Source: Gemmatimonadota bacterium (GTDB lineage Bacteria > Gemmatimonadota > Gemmatimonadetes > Longimicrobiales > Gaopeijiaceae). From it: a stretch of 64,000 nucleotides of DNA. This document shows, in pieces, positions 56,329 through 64,000 of the stretch (positions within the stretch are counted from its first letter, which is position 1; the number at the start of each line of letters is the position of its first letter). The stretch lies in contig JBDGVT010000038.1 of NCBI GenBank assembly GCA_039585495.1, positions 1,774-65,773 of the forward strand, in the 5' to 3' direction. The position numbers and the translations under genes were made by a program. The notes below the pieces were generated by a model. That model had not been told where the DNA came from and did not search any database. It worked only from the letters and a program-made list of their open reading frames with translations.

Positions 56329-57451
56329 ATGACTCCCACATACCTCGACTACGCCGCCACAACGCCCGTCCGTGAAGAGGTCAGCCTCTGAGGTTTTCGG
56401 GAATCCCTCCAGCACACACCGGTGGGGACGAGCGGCGGCGGCGGCACTCGATGAGGCCCGCGCAGATATCGCGTCCGTACTGGGAGCCAAACCCAGTGAA
56501 GTGAGCTTCGTTCGCGGCGGCACGGAGTCGGACAACCTCGCGATCATGGGGACGTCGAGGGGCGACGGATCTCCGCACTCGATCTTCGTCTCCGAGATCG
56601 AGCACAGTGCGGTACTCGAGGCGGCAGACCACGTGGCCGACACCGAAGGCGCCACGGTCACCCGCCTTCACGTGTCGCATGACGGCGCGATCGACCTGGG
56701 ACCGTTAGACGCGATCACGGACGGCTCGACATCCCTGATATCGGTGATGTGGGTGAACAACGAGACCGGCCTCACGCTCCCGATTCCCGATGTCGTAGAG
56801 GCAGGGCGAACAAGAGGGTCGCTCGTGCACTCGGACGCGTCGCAGGCGATGGGAAAGGTACCGGTCCATGTCGGGTCGGTCGGTGTGGACCTTCTGACTG
56901 CCACGGGACACAAGATCTACGGCCCCGCGGGCATGGGGATCCTGTTCGCCCGAGAGGGAACGGCTCTGAGATCGCTCCACCACGGCGGCGGACAGGAGAG
57001 GTCCCTCAGGCCTGGTACGGAGGACGTCGCAGGATCCGTGGGGCTGGCCGTCGCCATCCGCCTCGCGGTCGACGAGCAGGAAGCCGAGTCGGTTCGCCTC
57101 GCGGGCCTGAGGGATCTCCTGGAAGGCCGGCTCCTCTCGACGCTCGTGGACATCCGAATCAACTGTGCAGGAGCAACCCGGGCGCCCCACGTGTCGAGCG
57201 TGGGCATCGGCGGCGTCGAGGACGGCTCGGGCCTGCTCATGGCGCTGGATCTCGAAGGCATCGCGGTTTCAGGCGGCTCCGCATGCCACAGCGGGGCGGG
57301 AAAAGGAAGCCATGTCATCGCGGCCCTGTACGGCGAAGCCGATCCCTTTGCGACCGTACGCTTCTCCTTCGGACGAGGAACGGACGAGGACGCGGTAGAA
57401 CACGCGGTCGCTGTCACGAAGACCGTCGTCGAGCGCATGCGGGCGTCATGA
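56329..57451 (+). pseudogene. cysteine desulfurase (IscS/NifS-like), 5' end out of frame
   Basis: ATG 56329 encodes MTPTYLDYAATTPVREEVSL, then TGA (56389-56391). The rest (FGNPSSTHRWGR..., PLP-Lys TATGHKIYGP, catalytic SGGSACHSG) is in the +1 frame from 56372. Confidence 0.85.
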
Positions 57452-58536
57452 GCCGAGTCCTGGTCGCGATGTCGGGAGGCGTCGATTCGTCGGTGGCTGC
57501 GGCTCTCCTCGTCGAGGAGGGGCATGAGGTCGTGGGCGTGACCATGAAGACCTTCTGCTATTCGGAGACGCCCTCGAATGGCAAAACCTGCTGCGGCCTG
57601 GACGGCATCACGGACGCGAAACGGGTCGCAGCGAAACTCGACATCCCTCACTACGTCTTCGATGTCGAGGAGGATTTCACGCGGGACGTCATCGACGACT
57701 TCGTCGCCGAGTACGCGCGTGGACGGACGCCGAATCCGTGTGTGCGCTGCAACAGCAATACCAAGTTCCGAGATCTTCTGGCGCGGGGTACCGCCCTCGG
57801 ATGTGATCGAATCGCAACCGGACACTATGTGCGGGTGGAACACGACGAGGACAGTTCTCGTCTCCTGCGTGGGCACGACTCCTCGAAGGACCAGTCGTAC
57901 TTCCTGTGGGGCCTTCCCAAGGAGATGCTACCGCGACTCCTCTTTCCACTCGGGGAACTGACGAAGCCAGAAGTGCGGGCCCAGGCGCGTTCTCTCGAAC
58001 TCGTCACAGCCGACAAGCCTGAATCACAGGAGATCTGTTTCGTACCGACCGGGAACTACCGCGACCTCCTCGAGCGCAAACTGGAGCCCGTCCACCCGGC
58101 ACTCGTCCCCGGCCCGATCGTCCGGAGCGACGGCACCGTCATCGGCGAGCATCGAGGCTACGCCGGCTTCACGGTGGGTCAGCGCAGAGGCCTTGGCGGC
58201 GGGTTTCCCGAGCCCATGTTCGTGCTGGAGGTACGCCCCGACGCGCGCGAGGTGGTGGTCGGTACTCACGAGGAGCTCTTTCGAGACCTGGTTTCCGTTT
58301 CGGAACTCAACTGGCTCGGCGAGACCCCGCCAGCGGGAGCCCGGGTGCGCGTTCAGTTGCGCTACAGGGCGCCCGCTGGGGAGGCGGTCATCGCGGACGC
58401 CGGGTCCGAATTGACCTTGCACTTCGACGAGCCCCAGGCGGCGGTCACCCCAGGCCAGTCCGCGGTGGTGTTCGACCAGGAACACGTGCTGGGCGGTGGC
58501 CGGATCATGAGGGCGGAACTGCTCGAGCCTGTCTGA
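57448..58536 (+). CDS. mnmA: tRNA 2-thiouridine(34) synthase MnmA
   Basis: 362 aa with PP-loop VAMSGGVDSS and NPCVRCN. ATGA overlap with the desulfurase stop. The upstream part of the 595-aa ORF is an alternative frame of iscS. Confidence 0.95.
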   Translation: MSRVLVAMSGGVDSSVAAALLVEEGHEVVGVTMKTFCYSETPSNGKTCCGLDGITDAKRVAAKLDIPHYVFDVEEDFTRDVIDDFVAEYARGRTPNPCVRCNSNTKFRDLLARGTALGCDRIATGHYVRVEHDEDSSRLLRGHDSSKDQSYFLWGLPKEMLPRLLFPLGELTKPEVRAQARSLELVTADKPESQEICFVPTGNYRDLLERKLEPVHPALVPGPIVRSDGTVIGEHRGYAGFTVGQRRGLGGGFPEPMFVLEVRPDAREVVVGTHEELFRDLVSVSELNWLGETPPAGARVRVQLRYRAPAGEAVIADAGSELTLHFDEPQAAVTPGQSAVVFDQEHVLGGGRIMRAELLEPV

Positions 58537-58544
58537 CCCTCCGG

Positions 58545-59681
58545 TCAGTGCTTCAGGCCGGTTGCCTCCGCGAACTCCTCCATCGCCTTGAGCTCCTCCG
58601 CCGTGAGTTCCTCTGGCACGGAGACCACGACCTCCACGTACTGATCGCCGACCCGGTCGCCCTTCTCGATTCCCTGACCGCGAACGCGGAACTTGGTTCC
58701 CGACTGCGTCCCTTTCGGGACGTTGAGGACCACCTTCTTTCCGGTGATGGTCTTCACTTTGATCTTCGAACCGAGGGTGGCCTGGACGATGTTGATCGGG
58801 ACGCTTACGTGCACGTCGAGCGCCTTCCGCGTGAAGAAGCGGTGCGGCTTCACCTTGAAGCTGATGATGAGGTCTCCAGCGGGTCCCCCCGCCTTACCAC
58901 GCTCGCCCTGCCCTGAAAGCCGGACACGTGAACCGGTCTCGACGCCAGGCTTCACACCGATCTGTATCTTGCGTTGCTGACGCACGGCACCGCGACCACT
59001 ACACGACGAACAGGGAGTCGCGGGGATCTTCCCACGCCCGAAGCACGCGGGGCAAGGTCGCTTGACGGCGAATCCGCCCTGGCCGAACGAGACGTTCCCC
59101 GTGCCTTTGCACTCCTCACATCGCTTGATCTCGGTTCCCGGTTTGGCCCCGTCACCACCGCAGGTCGTACAGTCCTCGGTGATGGCTACGTCGACAGAGA
59201 CCTTTCCGCCCCGGGCCGCCGTGAGAAACGGGATTTCGACGACGTACTCGACGTTCTGACCCTTCTGCCGCGCCGTGGTCCGCTTCTGACCTCCAGGGGC
59301 GCCTTCGGGCCCCTTCTTGCCCAGGTCGAAGAGCGAGCTGAACAGGTCGGAGATGTTTCCGAATCCGCCTTGCAGGTCGTCGAACGTGAACCCGGGGTCT
59401 CCCGGCGACCCACCTCGCGATGGCTGCGGGCCACCCCGCCCGGCCCCGAATCCCAGAGAGCCCAATCGGCGCATCTGGTCGTACTGTTTGCGCTTCTTCG
59501 GGTCACTCAGGACCGAATACGCCTCACCAATCTCCTTGAAGCGCTCCGCCGCCCTGGCGTTACCCTGATTCGCATCAGGATGGTGCGTCTTCGCCAGCTT
59601 GCGGTAGGCCTTCTTGATATCCTCGGGGCTGGCCTTCTCGCCTACACCCAGGATCTGATAGAAGTCCTTGGCTTTCGCCAT
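58545..59681 (-). CDS. dnaJ: molecular chaperone DnaJ
   Basis: J-domain with HPD (KTHHPDAN), a G/F-rich region and four CxxCxG zinc-finger repeats. Confidence 0.95.
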   Translation of the reverse strand: MAKAKDFYQILGVGEKASPEDIKKAYRKLAKTHHPDANQGNARAAERFKEIGEAYSVLSDPKKRKQYDQMRRLGSLGFGAGRGGPQPSRGGSPGDPGFTFDDLQGGFGNISDLFSSLFDLGKKGPEGAPGGQKRTTARQKGQNVEYVVEIPFLTAARGGKVSVDVAITEDCTTCGGDGAKPGTEIKRCEECKGTGNVSFGQGGFAVKRPCPACFGRGKIPATPCSSCSGRGAVRQQRKIQIGVKPGVETGSRVRLSGQGERGKAGGPAGDLIISFKVKPHRFFTRKALDVHVSVPINIVQATLGSKIKVKTITGKKVVLNVPKGTQSGTKFRVRGQGIEKGDRVGDQYVEVVVSVPEELTAEELKAMEEFAEATGLKH

Positions 59682-59686
59682 CGACG

Positions 59687-60343
59687 TCAGCCCTGTGTAT
59701 ACACGCTCACCCGGGCCGGCCGGACGAGGATGCCCTTGAGGGAATATCCCTTCTGGAAGACCTGAGCGACCGTGTCGACCTGCTCATCGGATTCGGCAGG
59801 CACCCGCATCATCGCTTCCATCGTCTCGGGGTCGAAGACCTGACCGGACGGATCGAGCATATCCACGCTCGACTCTCCGAGTACGCGGACGAACTTCTTC
59901 TCAACCAGATCGATGCCCTCCATGATCGCTTCCACCGTCGCGTTGGAAAGGTCCAGTTCGGCGACGCGGTGGAGATCGTCGAGTACGTCGAGGAAGCTGC
60001 CCACGAGATCCGCCTGAGCACGCGTCCACGCGCTCAAACGCTCCTGCTCGGTGCGGCGGCGGAAGTTGTTGAACTCGGCCTGGAGCCGGAGGTGACGATC
60101 GTTCAACCGATCGAACTCCCCTCCCAGGCTCTGCCCGTCATCCGCTCCATCCGGATCCTCCGAGACCACGTCGGCGCCAGCTTCCTCGGCAACGTCCGCG
60201 ACGGGCTCGACCTCCGGTTCTGCGGAATCCTCCACGTCGACCGCGCCAGACGCCTCGGCCTCCGCCACGTTCTGATCCGACTCCTGGTCGAGGAACTCGT
60301 CTTCGACTCTGATCTCTTCGTTCTTCGTCACCGGTTCTTCCAT
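59687..60343 (-). CDS. grpE: nucleotide exchange factor GrpE
   Basis: Acidic N-terminus, then the coiled coil RLQAEFNNFRRRTEQE and a C-terminal beta domain (VFQKGYSLKGILVRPARV). The ORF extends to 60406. Confidence 0.93.
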   Translation of the reverse strand: MEEPVTKNEEIRVEDEFLDQESDQNVAEAEASGAVDVEDSAEPEVEPVADVAEEAGADVVSEDPDGADDGQSLGGEFDRLNDRHLRLQAEFNNFRRRTEQERLSAWTRAQADLVGSFLDVLDDLHRVAELDLSNATVEAIMEGIDLVEKKFVRVLGESSVDMLDPSGQVFDPETMEAMMRVPAESDEQVDTVAQVFQKGYSLKGILVRPARVSVYTQG

Positions 60344-60406
60344 TCTCACCGTCGGGGATCTCACTCCTTCGACCAGGCCGTCGAAGACGAACGTACAAGA
60401 TACCAC

Positions 60407-61636
60407 CTACTGCGCAGCGCGTTCACGAACCGCGTCTCGATCTCCTGCGAATCTCCCCTGCTCGGCGATCGACTCACCATCGATTGCGGATGCGATCCAG
60501 ACCGTGCCGACGGGTTTCTCTTCCGTCCCGCCTCCCGGGCCTGCAACACCCGTGACCCCGACCCCGACCTCGGCTCCGAAACGCGTGGCAACACCCACGG
60601 CCAGTTGGCGCGCCACGGCTTCCGACACCGCCCCGTATCGCTCCAGATCGGCCTCCGAGACCCCGGCATGCCTGACCTTCGCATCGTTCGAGTAAGCGAC
60701 GATCCCTCCCAGGAATACGCCCGAGGACCCCGGCAAATCGGTGATCCGCTTCGCAACCAGTCCTCCTGTACAGCTTTCCGCGACGGCCAGCTTCGCACCT
60801 CGTTGCCGCAGCGCCTCGGACACCGCCTCGGCCAGATCCCCGCTCGAAGCGTGGAACAGCCAGGGACTCAACAGCGAATCGACTCCGGCCACAAGGCGGT
60901 CGATGCGATCGGTAGCCTCCTCTGCCGTGCCGCCCGAGGTAGTGAAGCGAATATCCACGCCGTACAGGTCGGGCAGGTATGCGAGTACAACGTCCTGGGT
61001 GGTCTCCGGTGGCAGCTGAGCGAGCCGCTCCTCCAGCAGTTCGGCCAATCGCGGCTCCGGTATGCCCGTGGTGTGGAGTACTCGGTGATGGATCGCGGCT
61101 CCCTCGCCCGGCCGAGCCAGACGGTCTTTCAGAACCGCCTGGAGGTCGCCTTCGAATATGGCCCTCAGCTCTCGCGGCACCCCGGGAAGCAGCACGATAT
61201 CCACGCTACCCTCGGTGAGAAGAAGGCCCGGAGCAGTCCCCTTGGGGTTCCGAAGGACGCTCGCACCCTTCGGGATCTCAGCCTGTCCACGGCTCAGGGC
61301 CGGGACCGAGTCGTGGCCAGAGGTGCGAAAGCGATCCTGGAGGTCGGCGCGGACCCCGGCATCCTCCACGAGAGGGCGATCGAGCAGATCGGCCACCGCC
61401 GCCTTCGTCACGTCATCCGGCGTCGGCCCGAGGCCACCGGACACGAAGACGATGTCGGCAGATTCGATCGCCGCCGTCAGCCCCTGCCGGATCTCGGAAT
61501 CCACGTCTCTCACGGTGAACCGGCGCACGACCGCCACGCCCCGCTCGGAGAGCGCTCGACAGAGCCACGCGGCGTTGGTGTCAACGGTCTGCCCGAAGAG
61601 CAGTTCGTTACCGACGGACAGGATCGCGGCCTTCAT
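60407..61636 (-). CDS. cinA: competence/damage-inducible protein CinA (MoCF-binding plus NMN deamidase domains)
   Basis: 409-aa ORF. N-terminal MKAAILSVGNELLFGQTVDTNAAWL. C-terminal PncC-like domain (LAVAESCTGGLVA, GTVWIA). Confidence 0.92.
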   Translation of the reverse strand: MKAAILSVGNELLFGQTVDTNAAWLCRALSERGVAVVRRFTVRDVDSEIRQGLTAAIESADIVFVSGGLGPTPDDVTKAAVADLLDRPLVEDAGVRADLQDRFRTSGHDSVPALSRGQAEIPKGASVLRNPKGTAPGLLLTEGSVDIVLLPGVPRELRAIFEGDLQAVLKDRLARPGEGAAIHHRVLHTTGIPEPRLAELLEERLAQLPPETTQDVVLAYLPDLYGVDIRFTTSGGTAEEATDRIDRLVAGVDSLLSPWLFHASSGDLAEAVSEALRQRGAKLAVAESCTGGLVAKRITDLPGSSGVFLGGIVAYSNDAKVRHAGVSEADLERYGAVSEAVARQLAVGVATRFGAEVGVGVTGVAGPGGGTEEKPVGTVWIASAIDGESIAEQGRFAGDRDAVRERAAQ

Positions 61637-61667
61637 GGTCGGCGGGATTCGCCCGGGAGACCCCCGG

Positions 61668-62312
61668 TCAGTCCCGGATCCCCACCACGGTTCTGTACGA
61701 CCACAGGTAGTCCAGCGCCGAGTACACGGTCATCAGAACGGCACCCGCGAGTGTGACCACGACGAACGTCCGGATCACGAGCGCCGCCGACTGCCAAGGC
61801 CAACCCGTCCATCCGCTTGCCGTGGCTACCTCGAACAGCGGATACCAGAGTAGGAGGCCACCGATGAAGAGCATCTGGAGAAGCGCCTTCTTCTTGCCGG
61901 CACTCCCGGCCGGTATGACGACGCCTTTGTTTGCGGCGTAGCCTCTGAAGAGCGTGATGAAGATCTCCCGGCCGAAGATGACGATGAGGACCCAGGCGGG
62001 CAGAGGACCCAGCCAGGGCACTGCGTCGAGCGGTCCCCCTCGATGCGAAATCACATAGAAGGGAATGAGCGTCGCAGCCAACAAGAGCTTGTCAGCCACC
62101 GGATCGAGGAGCTTTCCCACGTCTGTGATCAGATCGTAGCGACGCGCGAGGTATCCGTCCCAGACGTCCGACAGCCCGGCAGCGACAAAGAGCACGAAAG
62201 CCCACGACCGAGCGCTGACGTCGGGAGATACCGCGAGCCAAAAGATCAAGGGGCACGCGGCAATGCGCACGACCGTAATCACATTGGGGAGGTTGAGGCG
62301 ACTCCCGCTCAC
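61668..62312 (-). CDS. pgsA: CDP-diacylglycerol--glycerol-3-phosphate 3-phosphatidyltransferase
   Basis: CDP-alcohol phosphatidyltransferase motif DVWDGYLARR...GKLLDPVADK in a polytopic 214-aa ORF. Confidence 0.9.
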   Translation of the reverse strand: MSGSRLNLPNVITVVRIAACPLIFWLAVSPDVSARSWAFVLFVAAGLSDVWDGYLARRYDLITDVGKLLDPVADKLLLAATLIPFYVISHRGGPLDAVPWLGPLPAWVLIVIFGREIFITLFRGYAANKGVVIPAGSAGKKKALLQMLFIGGLLLWYPLFEVATASGWTGWPWQSAALVIRTFVVVTLAGAVLMTVYSALDYLWSYRTVVGIRD

Positions 62313-62321
62313 GCGGCTACC

Positions 62322-62900
62322 TCAGGAAAGTGTTTCGACGACCAGTCGGCTGACGCAGGAAAGCGTCTCGAAGACGCCCGTGCCATCGATCGCCACCCCT
62401 TCGAAGTCAGCCACACCCATGGGGTTGATCTGGGCCCGCAGCTCCTCGGGAGAAAGGATGTTGGGCATGTCACGCTTGTTGTACTGGATCGCGAACGGGA
62501 TGCTCTCCAGGTCGTACCCGTACGTCTCGAGGTTCTCGTAGAGGTTGTGCATCGACTCGATGTTGGCCTCGGCGCGAGACGCTTGTGAGTCCGCCACGAA
62601 GACAAGGCCGTCCACACCCTTCAGGATGAGCCTGCGGCTGGCGTTGTAGTAGACCTGGCCTGGCACCGTGTAAAGGTGGAACCGGGTCTTGAATCCCCGA
62701 ACCTCGCCGAGATCGATCGGGAGGAAGTCGAAGAAGAGGGTCCGCTCGGTCTCCGTGGCCAGGGAAATCATCTTTCCCTTGGTGTCCGGATTCACCTTCG
62801 AATAGATGTACTCGAGGTTGGTCGTCTTCCCACCGAGACCCGTCCCGTAATACACGATTTTGCAGTTGATCTCACGCGAGGCGTAGTTGATCATCGACAT
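62322..62900 (-). CDS. mglA: Ras-like polarity/motility GTPase MglA
   Basis: 192-aa [33 protein letters not shown]...[11 protein letters not shown]...[34 protein letters not shown] is nearly colinear with Myxococcus MglA as I recall it. Confidence 0.92.
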   Translation of the reverse strand: MSMINYASREINCKIVYYGTGLGGKTTNLEYIYSKVNPDTKGKMISLATETERTLFFDFLPIDLGEVRGFKTRFHLYTVPGQVYYNASRRLILKGVDGLVFVADSQASRAEANIESMHNLYENLETYGYDLESIPFAIQYNKRDMPNILSPEELRAQINPMGVADFEGVAIDGTGVFETLSCVSRLVVETLS

Positions 62901-63067
62901 GGGTCGACGCTATCTCCCCATATGTGTGATTCGTGCAGCCACGGAGTCTCCCGTTCGCCGAAAGGAAGAGGCGCGGAAGCAGGCCATCGCACGCACCTCG
63001 TGTCGCCCGGAACTGGGCGCCGGACATAAACTCGGCATGCCCGCCGCGAGGGGCAAGGTTGTTGCGC

Positions 63068-63388
63068 TCAAGCGGGTTCCGCCCTGGCCTCGATGCCCAA
63101 TCGATCTGCCTCCTCGAGCATGCGGTCCACAATGGCCTGAGCACGCTCCCGGAGCATTTTGCGTGGTTCCCAGGCAATGAAGTCCCGAAGGAGCCGAATC
63201 AGGTCGACGGAGGCCGGTTCACGGCTGATGTGTCCCAATGCCGCCAGGCGCTTGAACGCACGCGGATTGAACAGATCACGCTGGTGCCGTGTGATCTGCC
63301 CACGAATGATCATCGCGGCGAGCGCACCCGCTGCCGCAGCCGCGAGGACCGTAAGCCCTGCTGTTCTAAGCCTCTTGTCCATCATCAC
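63068..63388 (-). CDS. small membrane-anchored protein of unknown function
   Basis: 106-aa ORF with one N-terminal TM (LTVLAAAAAGALAAMII) and a helical C-terminal part. The start overlaps the recR stop (translational coupling). Confidence 0.5.
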   Translation of the reverse strand: MMMDKRLRTAGLTVLAAAAAGALAAMIIRGQITRHQRDLFNPRAFKRLAALGHISREPASVDLIRLLRDFIAWEPRKMLRERAQAIVDRMLEEADRLGIEARAEPA

Positions 63389-63978
63389 ATTTCCCGGCGC
63401 CCAGCCAGGGCCTGGGCGATCGTCGTTCCATCAACGTACTCGAGATCACTCCCCACGGGGATTCCACGCGCCAATCGGGTCACGCGCGGCCCCAGGGGCC
63501 TCACCTGCTCCTCCAGGAAGACCGACGTCGCCTCGCCCTCCACGCTGGCGTTCGTGGCAACGATGACCTCCCGGATCTCCCCTGCGGACCGATCGATCCG
63601 CTCAAGGAGTGTAGCGACATTCAGTTCATCGGGGCCAATGCCGTCGAGCGGCGACAGGTGCCCCCCCAATACGTGGAAGAGTCCCCGAAACTGCCCCGTA
63701 CGTTCGATGGCTCCGACCTCGTACGCCTCCTCGACGACGCAGAGTATCGAGCGGTCACGACGTGGATTCGAGCAGATTTCACAGGCCTCATGCTCGGCGA
63801 AATTTCCGCAGACGTCACATTCTCGGACCTTTTCAGCCAGGTCGGTCAGTGATCGTGCGAGCCGACGCGTCTCCTCCTTGGACCCTTTCATGAGGTGATG
63901 AACGAGCCTCAACGAGGTCTTCGACCCGATACCAGGCAGACGAGAAAACTCCTCCGTGAGCCGTTCGATCGCAGACAT
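63385..63978 (-). CDS. recR: recombination protein RecR
   Basis: 197-aa ORF with an N-terminal HhH (LPGIGSKTSLRL), a Cys4 zinc finger (CDVCGNFAEHEACEIC) and a Toprim domain. Confidence 0.95.
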   Translation of the reverse strand: MSAIERLTEEFSRLPGIGSKTSLRLVHHLMKGSKEETRRLARSLTDLAEKVRECDVCGNFAEHEACEICSNPRRDRSILCVVEEAYEVGAIERTGQFRGLFHVLGGHLSPLDGIGPDELNVATLLERIDRSAGEIREVIVATNASVEGEATSVFLEEQVRPLGPRVTRLARGIPVGSDLEYVDGTTIAQALAGRREM

Positions 63979-64000
63979 CTTCTCGCCCCTGCGGTCAGAA

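Noticed and set aside
56749-57447. The 5' two-fifths of the 595-aa plus-strand ORF that ends as mnmA.
   Set aside because: This part is an alternative frame of the cysteine desulfurase gene (Arg/Gly-rich nonsense). MnmA homology begins exactly at ATG 57448 (MSRVLVAMSGGVDSS).
58533-58548. Small hairpins that embed both stop codons of convergent gene pairs (CTGACC-ctcc-GGTCAG between mnmA and dnaJ; GCCTGA-ag-TCAGGC at 55876-55889 between the bshB1-like and HIRAN-like genes).
   Set aside because: The stems are only 5-6 bp, have no U-tracts, and are largely forced by the TGA/TCA stop-codon symmetry. That is insufficient to call bidirectional terminators.
1-64000. Searched for tRNA/rRNA genes, transposases, integrases, phage genes, toxin-antitoxin pairs, restriction-modification or other defence genes, and compositional islands.
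   Set aside because: Every stretch longer than about 260 nt is occupied by a recognisable or plausible chromosomal gene. No T-loop-like GGTTCGAATCC-type sequences occur in intergenic DNA, no AT-rich island or flanking direct repeats were seen, and no ORF shows mobile-element or defence-system motifs.

Overview
High-GC (roughly 65%) bacterial chromosomal segment, about 95% coding, with roughly 60 protein genes. I found no rRNA, tRNA, CRISPR array, transposase or integrase. Most of it is conserved housekeeping clusters: truB-rbfA-DUF503-infB-ylxQ-nusA-rimP; murA; gatC-gatA-gatB after a UvrD-type helicase; rpsB-tsf-pyrH-frr-uppS-cdsA-dxr-rseP; rplM-rpsI; a short RpoD-family sigma factor; lepB; pntAA-pntAB-pntB; iscS-mnmA; dnaJ-grpE-cinA-pgsA; recR. 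The gene content (orphan mglA, bshB1, 283-aa primary-like sigma factor, many FtsX-type permeases) suggests a Gemmatimonadota-like or FCB-related lineage, but this is inference only. I did not find a convincing novel multi-gene defence or mobile system, and the window looks like core chromosome. The strongest observations are three housekeeping genes with broken reading frames: serS, comM/yifB (disrupted by an exact 11-bp tandem duplication) and the iscS/nifS-like cysteine desulfurase. Other observations are a putative operon of a 1345-aa NtrY-like sensor kinase, a stand-alone RsbRD_N-like protein and an aromatic-amino-acid-type PLP decarboxylase; a TolC-MFP-2x FtsX permease operon with no ATPase gene, tightly followed by a bshB1-like deacetylase; an mglA GTPase without mglB; a stand-alone HIRAN-like protein; an Asp-type (predicted fosfomycin-insensitive) MurA; and a ribosomal protein S2 with a long repeat-containing C-terminal tail. 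All functional calls rest on my recognition of translated motifs and gene order, since no database search was possible.
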